A program made the position numbers and the translations under genes. A DNA stretch of 36,792 bases, from positions 1-36,792 of the forward strand of contig CAVHJW010000002.1 of the NCBI GenBank assembly GCA_963636335.1. Reading direction: 5' to 3'. This stretch comes from a bacterium (GTDB taxonomy: Bacteria > Verrucomicrobiota > Kiritimatiellia > RFP12 > UBA1067). Numbering within the stretch: position 1 is the stretch's first letter; each line of letters begins with the position of its first letter. Positions 25,135-32,583 of the stretch are shown here, in pieces. The notes beneath the pieces were generated by a model. The model did not search any database. It was not told the DNA's origin and worked only from the letters and a program-made list of their open reading frames with translations.

Positions 25135-26036
25135 TAGAAGAATCCTTTCATCGCTTGCGAGAGGACAGGCCCCATCAGGATGATGAAGACAGCGGGAAAG
25201 ATGCAGAGCATGAGAGGCCCGAGCATTTTGACGGGCGCCTCGGCGGCGAGTTTCTCGGCACGATCAAAGCGGCGCGCGCGCAACTGGTCGGCCTGAATGC
25301 GCAAGATGGAACCAATTGAAACACCGAGTTCGTCCGCCTGAATGAGGGCGAACGCGACAGCCTTGAGGTCACCCTGGCGCACACGCTCAGCCATATTGCG
25401 GAGCGCGACTTTGCGCGACGCGCCAATTTGGATTTCCTTCGTCATGCGCAAGAGTTCCTCGTTGAGCGGGTCAAGTTTGCGCGACTGGCAGTTGCGTTGT
25501 AGCGCCCCAATAAAGTCCATGCCCGCCTCAACCGACAGCGTTAAAATATCAAGGACGAACGGGAGCGCGCGCTGAATGGCGAGATGCCGCTTTTTGAGCG
25601 CACCGCGAAGCCAAAAGAGCGGCTGGACATAGGCAAACGCGAAGAGGAAGAAAGCAAGAAGCGGTGCCAAGCCGTCGGGGAGAACAGGCGATAAAACAAA
25701 CGCGAGAACGAGCGCAAGCGGCACAAAGACAACAAGCATGAGAAGCTTAATTGCGACGAACTCGCTCGCCGACAGAACACCCTCAAAGCCCGCCGAGACG
25801 AGAATGGGCGCCGCCTTCTCAACCTGACGCGCGAAGAGCGGTCGCGCGACGAGCGCATCCATGTTCCCCACGAACGGCAATAAGGCGCGGTAGAGAATTG
25901 GAATCGCGCGCTCCGTGCGCCGCCCATCGGCGAGCGTCACGTAGTGCACCTCCTTCGCGACTTCGGTCAGGTACCACGCAACGCCCGCTGCGGCAAGCGT
26001 CCAAAAAATCATGGCACCGATCGAAAGAATCGTCAT
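25134..26036 (-). CDS. Single-domain type II secretion system F-family (TadB/TadC-like) inner-membrane platform protein
   Basis: 300 aa. It has N-terminal and C-terminal TM segments flanking a T2SSF-type cytoplasmic domain ('LPFVLDILTLSVEAGMDFIGAL', 'LRIQADQLRARR'). Confidence 0.75.
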   Translation of the reverse strand: MTILSIGAMIFWTLAAAGVAWYLTEVAKEVHYVTLADGRRTERAIPILYRALLPFVGNMDALVARPLFARQVEKAAPILVSAGFEGVLSASEFVAIKLLMLVVFVPLALVLAFVLSPVLPDGLAPLLAFFLFAFAYVQPLFWLRGALKKRHLAIQRALPFVLDILTLSVEAGMDFIGALQRNCQSRKLDPLNEELLRMTKEIQIGASRKVALRNMAERVRQGDLKAVAFALIQADELGVSIGSILRIQADQLRARRFDRAEKLAAEAPVKMLGPLMLCIFPAVFIILMGPVLSQAMKGFF

Positions 26037-26046
26037 TGTTTTTCTT

Positions 26047-28146
26047 TTAGGTCACAGGAACACCCGCACCAGCCGACGCGAGAGGCGAAACGACGCCGCC
26101 CGAGACACCTGGCTCGCCCGCGAAGAGAATCATCCCTTCCGAGACGCCAACCGACATCTTGCGCGGCGCGAGGTTCGCAACAAAGACGACCTCCTTGCCG
26201 ACCAAGGCCGCCGGGTCGGGATACGCGCCGCGAATCCCCGAAAAGATCGTTCTCTCGCCGAGCGAACCCGCGTCAAGCACGAACTTCAAGAGTTTCGAGC
26301 TCTTCGGAACGATTTCGCACGAGAGAACCTTACCCACGCGAAGGTCAAGCTTCTCAAAGTCGGGGAAGGCGATCGTTTCTTTCACGGGCGGGGTTTCCCG
26401 AACGGACGGGGACTCTGGCGCCCCCGAACCCTTACCCAAGGAGGAGGTAACTTTCTTGTTCTTCGAGGCGCGGCTTTCATGAGCGACTTCGCCCGAGTCG
26501 GCGGGCTTCACAGTTGCGGCGGCGACCATCGCCTCAACCTGCTTCGCGTCAATACGCGCGGCGAGGTATTCGTAGGCGGAAAGCGCGCGGCCTTCAACGG
26601 GCGTCAAGATTGACTCCCACGTCCAATTCGTTTCGCCAAAAAGTTTCATCGCCTTGTCGGCGTAGACAGGGAGAATCGGCTTTAAGTAGATTGCGAGGAT
26701 GCGGAACGCGTTGAGCGCGGCCGTGAGCGTGACGCGCGTCGTTTCGGCGTCCGTCTTCACCGTCTTCCACGGCTCCTTGCGGTCGAAATACTCGTTCGCC
26801 GCGTCCGCGAGCTTGCAGATCTCGACGACGACCTGGTTGAAGCGACGGTCCTCATAGAACTTCGCAATCGTCTCGGACGCCGCGCGAAGTTTCTCCAGAA
26901 GCGCGAGTTCCTCATCGTGCCCCGCGAGTGAAGCGAGCGTTCCGTCAAGCTTCTTCTGAAGCATCTGCGCCGAGCGCGAGGCGATGTTCGTAATCTTGCC
27001 GACGAGGTCGGCGTTGACGCGCTGGACGAAGTCATCGAGGTTGAGATCCATGTCGTCCGTCGTGCCGCCCAATTTCGCCGCGTAGTAGTAGCGCAGGGCC
27101 TCCGGCGGCAGGTTGTCGAGGTAGGTGCGCGCATTCACGAACGTGCCTTTCGACTTCGACATCTTCTCGCCGTTGACGGTGAGAAAGCCGTGCACGAAGA
27201 CCTTGTTCGGCCCCTTAAAGCCTGCCGCGTGGAGCATCCCGGGCCAGAAGAGGCAGTGGAAGCGAATGATGTCTTTGCCGATGAAGTGGTAAAGTTCCGT
27301 GTTCGGATCGTTCCAGATTGAGAGGCCGTCCGCGCCGTTCTTCTCGCACAAATTCTGGAGCGAGGCGATGTAGCCGATCGGCGCGTCGACCCAGACGTAG
27401 AAGAACTTGTCCTTGTAGCCAGGAATCTCAAAGCCGAAATAGGGCGCGTCGCGCGAGATGCACCAACCGCGCAGAGGTTCCTTGAACCACTCGAGGAGCT
27501 TATTTGAGACATCGCTCGTCGTGTGGCCCGGGATCCACTTCTCAAGGTCGTCGTGCTGGGGTTCAAGCTCGAAGTAGAGGTGCTCGGCGTCGCGAACAAC
27601 CGGGGTCGCGCCGCACGTCGTGCAGACGGGGCTGCCAAGTTCCTCCGCGCCGTAGGTCGCGCCGCAGTGGTCACAGCTGTCGCCATACTGATTCGGCGCG
27701 CCGCACTTTGGGCAGACACCCTTCACGAAGCGGTCAGGCAAAAACATTTGGCAATGCTCGCAATAAAGTTGCGGCGTCGTCTTCTTTGTGACGTAGCCCT
27801 GTTTCTCGGCGGCGAGATAAAACTGCTCGGAGAGCTTCTTGTTTTCAGGCGAGTTTGTCGTGTAGTAGTTATCGAACGCAATCTGAAAATCAGTGAAGTC
27901 CTTCAAATGCGTCTCGTGGGCGCGCGCGATCAACTCTTCGGGTGTGATGCCCTCCTTGCGCGCGCGAATCATGATCGGCGTGCCGTGCGTGTCGTCCGCA
28001 CAAACGTAGGTGCAATCGTGACCGCGAAGCTTCTGGAAGCGCACCCAAAAGTCGGTCTGAATGTATTCAACGAGGTGACCCAAATGAATGTCCCCGTTCG
28101 CATAGGGGAGCGCGCTTGTGACGATAATTTTTCTCTTCTCGCTCAT
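26047..28146 (-). CDS. metG: Methionyl-tRNA synthetase with a C-terminal EMAP/Trbp111-like tRNA-binding domain
   Basis: 699 aa. HIGH motif 'PYANGDIHLGH', 'KMSKS', zinc knuckles 'CPKCG...CDHCG', and C-terminal 'LDLRVGKVLSCE'. Confidence 0.95.
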   Translation of the reverse strand: MSEKRKIIVTSALPYANGDIHLGHLVEYIQTDFWVRFQKLRGHDCTYVCADDTHGTPIMIRARKEGITPEELIARAHETHLKDFTDFQIAFDNYYTTNSPENKKLSEQFYLAAEKQGYVTKKTTPQLYCEHCQMFLPDRFVKGVCPKCGAPNQYGDSCDHCGATYGAEELGSPVCTTCGATPVVRDAEHLYFELEPQHDDLEKWIPGHTTSDVSNKLLEWFKEPLRGWCISRDAPYFGFEIPGYKDKFFYVWVDAPIGYIASLQNLCEKNGADGLSIWNDPNTELYHFIGKDIIRFHCLFWPGMLHAAGFKGPNKVFVHGFLTVNGEKMSKSKGTFVNARTYLDNLPPEALRYYYAAKLGGTTDDMDLNLDDFVQRVNADLVGKITNIASRSAQMLQKKLDGTLASLAGHDEELALLEKLRAASETIAKFYEDRRFNQVVVEICKLADAANEYFDRKEPWKTVKTDAETTRVTLTAALNAFRILAIYLKPILPVYADKAMKLFGETNWTWESILTPVEGRALSAYEYLAARIDAKQVEAMVAAATVKPADSGEVAHESRASKNKKVTSSLGKGSGAPESPSVRETPPVKETIAFPDFEKLDLRVGKVLSCEIVPKSSKLLKFVLDAGSLGERTIFSGIRGAYPDPAALVGKEVVFVANLAPRKMSVGVSEGMILFAGEPGVSGGVVSPLASAGAGVPVT

Positions 28147-28181
28147 AACTAAAATAATCTTTTCCAGAAGGGCTTTCTTCT

Positions 28182-28190
28182 ATTATAGCA
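28182..28190 (-). promoter_or_regulatory. Extended -10 promoter (TGCTATAAT) for metG, overlapping the rdgB stop codon
   Basis: The minus strand reads GTG CTA TAA T. The rdgB TAA (28185..28183) lies inside the TATAAT hexamer. The ATG of metG is 35 nt downstream. Confidence 0.5.
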
Positions 28191-28758
28191 CATTGCCGTC
28201 CAGTATCTCGCGTGCGCACGTCAACGCCTGAGCACGATGGGAGATCGCGTTCTTCTCCTCCGCCGTCAACTCGGCATAAGATTTCTCAAAGCCTTCGGGA
28301 ATAAAAAGAGGGTCATAGCCAAAGCCCTCCGCACCGCGCGGCGCGTCAGCGATGTGCCCCCAAACACGTTGAACCGTTGTTCGTTCCTCGCCGTTCGGTG
28401 TGACAATCGCAATCGCACACGCGAAGTCGGCGCGACGATTTTGGACGCCTTTGAGATTCCGCAAAAGGAGGTCATTGTTCGACGGACTCGTCGCACCCTC
28501 GCCCGAATAGCGCGCACTCCGCACGCCGGGCGCGCCATTGAGAGCTTCAACCTCTAAGCCCGAGTCGTCCGCAAGGCACCACGCGCCCGTGTGTCGCGCG
28601 GCAATCGCGCGCACCTTGATGAGCGCGTTACCAACGAATGTGTCAGCGGTCTCTTCCGCGCCTTCGGGGTTGTCGGGAATGATGTTCCAATCGGAGAGGA
28701 TTTCGCCGATCTCCTGAATCTTGTGTTTGTTGTGCGTTGCGACGTAAAGTGTCTTCAT
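28183..28758 (-). CDS. rdgB: RdgB/HAM1-family dITP/XTP pyrophosphatase
   Basis: 191 aa from the ATG at 28758 (MKTLYVATHNKHKIQE...). Motifs: 'DDSGLEV', 'FGYDPLF', 'ISHR'. The longer ORF to 28941 overlaps the upstream gene. Confidence 0.9.
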   Translation of the reverse strand: MKTLYVATHNKHKIQEIGEILSDWNIIPDNPEGAEETADTFVGNALIKVRAIAARHTGAWCLADDSGLEVEALNGAPGVRSARYSGEGATSPSNNDLLLRNLKGVQNRRADFACAIAIVTPNGEERTTVQRVWGHIADAPRGAEGFGYDPLFIPEGFEKSYAELTAEEKNAISHRAQALTCAREILDGNVL

Positions 28759-28759
28759 C

Positions 28760-29176
28760 TTATTTCTTCCAAAAGGCCGCATCACCCGTGCGGCGGTAGA
28801 AAACGATATTAAAACTCTTGATGGGCTTCTCTTCCCACGGCCGCTTGTAATAAAAACGAATTGTCGCAGGCCCGTCGAAGCCGCGATGAACACGCAATCG
28901 GACGGCAACCTTGCCGGGCGCGCCGCAGAGCGTCTCGCCATCGTGCGTCGGCTCGGCGCTCTCGTGATCCATCGTCACCTCAATGTCGCTGTCATCACAC
29001 GAGGAATACCACGAATAACCCGTCGTCTGATTTTCCTCGAGGTCAAAATAGTAGCGATCGCCATTGATGACGCGGATGACGGCACCCGCCTCAGGATTCT
29101 CAATGATGCGCCTGTCACAAAACTGGCAGCCCGCAAGAAAGAGGGCGAGAAAGAAGAAGAGCGAGGCGCGACACAT
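28760..29176 (-). CDS. Chagasin-like (MEROPS I42) cysteine-peptidase inhibitor, lipoprotein
   Basis: 138 aa. The lipobox is 'LFLAGC'. All three chagasin loop motifs are present: 'NQTTGYSW', 'GAPG' and 'RPWE'. Confidence 0.75.
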   Translation of the reverse strand: MCRASLFFFLALFLAGCQFCDRRIIENPEAGAVIRVINGDRYYFDLEENQTTGYSWYSSCDDSDIEVTMDHESAEPTHDGETLCGAPGKVAVRLRVHRGFDGPATIRFYYKRPWEEKPIKSFNIVFYRRTGDAAFWKK

Positions 29177-29180
29177 AAGG

Positions 29181-29843
29181 CTACATCATCGCGAGCAGGA
29201 CGGCAGGCGCGAAGAGAAGCGAGTCAATCATGTCAAGAAAACCGCCCATCCCATTCGTGAAAGTCATCGCCGATGAGTCCTTAACGCCAATCCAACGCTT
29301 AAACTTTGACTCAACGAGATCTCCCGCCGTACCGACGAGCGCAGCGACGACGCCGAAAAGAATCGCCTTCCAAAGAGGGAAGTGCGTGACACCGATGAAT
29401 GCACACGAGACAAGCGATGAGAAGAGAAGCGAGCCTAAGAGCCCTTCCCAACTTTTCCCTGGCGAAATGGAGGGGCAGAGCTTATGGTTACCCCCCTTCA
29501 TCATTTTCGCCGTCGTGATGCCGACCGCAAAGCCGCCGACATCTGAGAATTTGATGATGGCGACGATGTAGAGGAGGAGCCAATTCCCATTCGGCATGTG
29601 CGCAACACGAAGAAGCGAGAGAAGACCGAACGGAATGACGAGGAGGCCGATGATACCGACCCCAATACCCCACACCGAAAGTGGCCTCTTTCGTTTAAGA
29701 AGGAGGAAAAACTCAAGGAGCGCGAGAAGAATGAGCGCGTAAACAACGGGTGCCATCCATTTGGGTGGCGTATACAAAATGGCCGCGATCACGGCCGCGC
29801 CAATCGCAAGCCCCGTCAGAACGCGCCGAAGAATTGGATTCAT
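29181..29843 (-). CDS. cdsA: CDP-diglyceride synthetase (CdsA) family membrane protein, short and with a divergent signature
   Basis: 220 aa from the ATG at 29843 (MNPILRR...), with AAGGGG upstream. It has multiple TM segments and a C-terminal 'SKFKRWIGVKDSS...NGMGGFLDMIDS', against the canonical '...PGHGG.LDR.DS'. Confidence 0.65.
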   Translation of the reverse strand: MNPILRRVLTGLAIGAAVIAAILYTPPKWMAPVVYALILLALLEFFLLLKRKRPLSVWGIGVGIIGLLVIPFGLLSLLRVAHMPNGNWLLLYIVAIIKFSDVGGFAVGITTAKMMKGGNHKLCPSISPGKSWEGLLGSLLFSSLVSCAFIGVTHFPLWKAILFGVVAALVGTAGDLVESKFKRWIGVKDSSAMTFTNGMGGFLDMIDSLLFAPAVLLAMM

Positions 29844-29856
29844 CGCGCCCCTTTTC

Positions 29857-31134
29857 TTAAACGTGAATACGAAGCGTTGTCTCGCGCGCCGGGCCAACCG
29901 AGAGGACGCCCAACTGACCGCCAATCAACTCAAGGATGCGATCGATGTACTTCTTCGCATTCTCGGGCAACTTCGCGTAATCCGTAATGTGCGAGGTCTC
30001 GCACTGCCAGCCGGGCATTTCCTCGTAGACGGGCGTGCAGTGAGAAAGCGCCTCAAGGTCAGCCGGGAACGTCGTGTAGACGAAGCCATCATCGCGGCGG
30101 TAGCCCGTGCAAATTTTGACGACGGGGAACGTGTCAAGGACATCCAGTTTCGTCATCGCCCAGAAGTCAACGCCATTGACGCGCTGCGCGTAGCGGGCAA
30201 CAACCGCATCAAACCACCCACAACGGCGTGGGCGCCCTGTCGTTGCACCAAACTCGCCGCCCCGCTGACGCAATGTCTCACCGTCTGCATCAAAGAGTTC
30301 CGTGGGGAACGGCCCTTCGCCGACGCGCGTTGTGTAGAGTTTCAAAACGCCGATGACGCGATCAATCGCGCGCGGCGAAACGCCCGAACCCGTGCACGCG
30401 CCACCCGCCGTCGGGTTCGACGACGTCACAAAGGGATAGGTGCCGAAATCAATATCAAGCATCGTCGCTTGCGCACCCTCAAAGAGGAGCGATTTCTTCG
30501 CCTCGAGATTCTCATGCAGGAACTGGATTGTGTCCGTCACATAAGGCATCAAAGCCGTCACCATCGGCGCGTAGAGGCGAGCCATTTCGTCGGCATCAAG
30601 CGTGTGCGCGCCCAGCGCCTTGAGCGTGCGATTCGCCTCGGCGACCTGCAGACGAACGAGGTCAAGGAAGTTCGGCTTCAAGATATCACCCACGCGCATG
30701 CCGTAGCGACCGACCTTCGCGGCGTAGGCAGGCCCAATGCCGCGCCCCGTCGTACCAATCTTCGCACCCTCAGCACGCGCAGCCTCTTCAGCCTTATCGA
30801 TCTCGCGATGCCACTGCATAACCATCTGCGCACGCTCGGAGATATGGAAGCGACCCTTCAACTCAAAGCCCCAGCTCTTCACCTGCTCAAGTTCGCGCAT
30901 CAGATCAAACGGATCCATGACGACGCCATTGCCGATGACGCAGTGCTTGCCGTTATGGAGAATCCCCGAGGGAACGAGGTGGAGAACGTATTTGCGGTCG
31001 CCCACGACAACCGTGTGCCCCGCATTTGAGCCGCCCTGGAAGCGCACGACGACATCCGCCTGCTCTGTCAGGAAGTCAATGACCTTGCCTTTGCCTTCAT
31101 CGCCCCACTGGGCACCAACAAGTACTGTGTTCAT
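29857..31134 (-). CDS. purA: Adenylosuccinate synthetase
   Basis: 425 aa. Motifs: 'GAQWGDEGKGK', 'GTTGRGIGPAY', 'GATTGRPRRCGW'. Confidence 0.95.
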   Translation of the reverse strand: MNTVLVGAQWGDEGKGKVIDFLTEQADVVVRFQGGSNAGHTVVVGDRKYVLHLVPSGILHNGKHCVIGNGVVMDPFDLMRELEQVKSWGFELKGRFHISERAQMVMQWHREIDKAEEAARAEGAKIGTTGRGIGPAYAAKVGRYGMRVGDILKPNFLDLVRLQVAEANRTLKALGAHTLDADEMARLYAPMVTALMPYVTDTIQFLHENLEAKKSLLFEGAQATMLDIDFGTYPFVTSSNPTAGGACTGSGVSPRAIDRVIGVLKLYTTRVGEGPFPTELFDADGETLRQRGGEFGATTGRPRRCGWFDAVVARYAQRVNGVDFWAMTKLDVLDTFPVVKICTGYRRDDGFVYTTFPADLEALSHCTPVYEEMPGWQCETSHITDYAKLPENAKKYIDRILELIGGQLGVLSVGPARETTLRIHV

Positions 31135-31145
31135 AAGTGAAGAAT

Positions 31146-31154
31146 ATTATACCA
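31146..31154 (-). promoter_or_regulatory. Extended -10 promoter (TGGTATAAT) for purA; the mRNA is predicted to be leaderless
   Basis: The minus strand reads TGGTATAAT-attcttcactt-ATG (11 nt). Confidence 0.6.
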
Positions 31155-31173
31155 AATTTTTCCACGAAACGCA

Positions 31174-31203
31174 TTGACAAGAGGGGGATAAAAAGCGTAT
31201 AAT
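31174..31203 (+). promoter_or_regulatory. Consensus sigma70 promoter for tRNA-Pro (TTGACA-N18-TATAAT)
   Basis: TTGACA lies at 31174..31179 and TATAAT at 31198..31203. The mature tRNA 5' end is 14 nt after the -10 box. Confidence 0.75.
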
Positions 31204-31217
31204 ATTTGCCAATCTTT

Positions 31218-31294
31218 CGGAGCGTAGCGCAGTCTGGTAGCGCGTTTGGTTCGGGACCAAAAGGCCGAGGGTTCAAATCCCTCCGCTCCGACCA
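31218..31294 (+). tRNA. tRNA-Pro, anticodon CGG, with encoded CCA end
   Basis: Folded by hand. Acceptor CGGAGCG/CGCTCCG. D stem GCGC/GCGC. Anticodon stem TTTGG/CCAAA with loop TTCGGGA. 5-nt variable loop. T arm GAGGG-TTCAAAT-CCCTC. Discriminator A followed by CCA. Confidence 0.93.
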
Positions 31295-31297
31295 ATT

Positions 31298-31331
31298 CCC
31301 CGTCGTTGAGGCGACGAGGTTTTCTCTTTTT
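31298..31331 (+). terminator. Rho-independent terminator after tRNA-Pro
   Basis: An 8-bp stem, CCCCGTCG / CGACGAGG (one C-A mismatch), encloses a 6-nt loop and is followed by TTTTCTCTTTTT. The T tract runs into the stop codon of the convergent minus-strand gene. Confidence 0.7.
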
Positions 31332-32583
31332 AGCACCGCGAGCGACCGAGTGCGCAGGCGGAGAAAAGCGAGAGAAGAAGCGGAACGAGAACAAAATCGA
31401 GGGCGAGAACGCGCACAATCTCGTCCGTCTCGACATAGGTGTCGCTTGCGAGGCTCTCGATTGGATGGACGGACGAGAGCGGGCGCGTCAAATTCGACGA
31501 AAAGCGCGTCAGGGCAAGCGCAACGCGATCCGAGAGTGGCGCATCCAAATCCTCGCGGCATGTCTCAACAACACTCGGGCTCATCTCACCGAGCACGAGA
31601 ATAACAATCGCCACGAAAAGTGCAACGGGGCGCGAAAGTGTCGCCGAGAGAAAAAGTCCAAACGAAATCATGAGGGCCAGTAGTGCAACGAGTTCCAAAT
31701 AGGCGCGCGCAAGGTTCACGACAAACGGCGCGGCGGGAATGAGAATTGCGAGATCGCGGCGCGGACGTAGCATAACCGCCTTCGGTGAGCGGTTCTCGAA
31801 AGAAAGGATACCCGCCTCGCCCGCCGCGCCGTTCGTGACATGAAGCGGCACATCAATGACCGACTGCGTCACATTTGAGACAACGCCTGTACGCGCACCG
31901 AGGCGGAAGACACCGACGAGATCCTGACGAAGATCGAGCGCACCCGCGAAACGAAGGCGAACGACAAGCGGCTTTGCGACATCGTGCGGCACGTTGAATC
32001 GCCACGTTGCGTTCGTCCGCACGCTTTCATAGCGGTCAACGGCCGCCTGTTCAAGAAGGCGCAAAACGACATCCTTCTTGGCGTGGCGGACAGCATCGGG
32101 CGTATGGGGGTCTGCGAGATAGGCACGATAAGCCTGACGTGCTTCCTCTTTCACGCTCGGAAGAACGGGCGAAAGAACGTGGTGCGCAGGACGCGAGAGC
32201 GCGACCGAAGATGTGAACGGCACGCACGCGGCCGCGAGCGCGAGGGCGAGCGCGCCGACGACGAGGAGCGCGAGTTCCTTTGCGAAGAAGAGTGCGACAG
32301 ATCGGACGGGGCGCACAAGCGTAAGCGCAAGGCGGCGCGCGGCGCGCTCACGCGCGAATGAGCCCGTTGACGCGGCGAGGAGCGAGACAAGAAGAATCGC
32401 AAACGCGCCGCCGAGCGAATAGCGAAGGACAACCTCGCGGAACCCTTCCGCCGTGCCGTCGCCCGTCACAACGAGGGGGATGACCGCAACGTAGGCGAGG
32501 AGCGCGCCGACGAGCAGGATGAGGCTCTTCGAGCGAATGAGCGCGAGCAACTCAAGACGAAAGACAGCCCAGAACGCATTCAC
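31330..32583 (-). CDS. ABC-2-type permease-like membrane protein with an inserted extracytoplasmic domain of about 170 aa
   Basis: 417 aa with a GTG start that overlaps the ATPase stop (GTGA). The N-terminal 'FRLELLALIRSKS' start is typical of ABC-2 permeases. There are 3 TM segments, a soluble insert, then 3 more TM segments. Confidence 0.6.
   Translation of the reverse strand: MNAFWAVFRLELLALIRSKSLILLVGALLAYVAVIPLVVTGDGTAEGFREVVLRYSLGGAFAILLVSLLAASTGSFARERAARRLALTLVRPVRSVALFFAKELALLVVGALALALAAACVPFTSSVALSRPAHHVLSPVLPSVKEEARQAYRAYLADPHTPDAVRHAKKDVVLRLLEQAAVDRYESVRTNATWRFNVPHDVAKPLVVRLRFAGALDLRQDLVGVFRLGARTGVVSNVTQSVIDVPLHVTNGAAGEAGILSFENRSPKAVMLRPRRDLAILIPAAPFVVNLARAYLELVALLALMISFGLFLSATLSRPVALFVAIVILVLGEMSPSVVETCREDLDAPLSDRVALALTRFSSNLTRPLSSVHPIESLASDTYVETDEIVRVLALDFVLVPLLLSLFSACALGRSRC

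Noticed and set aside
29761-31029. 422-aa plus-strand ORF that lies fully antisense to purA and the cdsA-like gene.
   Set aside because: It is Arg/Ala/Leu-rich with no recognisable motifs. It has no promoter or Shine-Dalgarno context. The opposite strand encodes an unmistakable adenylosuccinate synthetase. Long stop-free antisense frames are expected in GC-rich coding DNA.
31298-31319. The hairpin after tRNA-Pro acting as a bidirectional terminator for the convergent ABC operon as well.
   Set aside because: On the minus strand the stem is followed by AATTGG rather than a U-tract, so I call it a terminator only for the plus strand. Read-through of the minus-strand unit remains possible.
31218-31400. 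tRNA-Pro as a possible integration site for a genomic island.
   Set aside because: I noticed no integrase, no direct repeat of the tRNA 3' end and no compositional shift downstream. The flanking genes are an ordinary ABC operon and purA.
31097-31561. Minus-strand ORFs of 154 aa and 101 aa (31131..31436) overlapping the tRNA-Pro gene and its promoter.
   Set aside because: They span a clearly folding tRNA, two promoters and a terminator. The reading frames are incidental.
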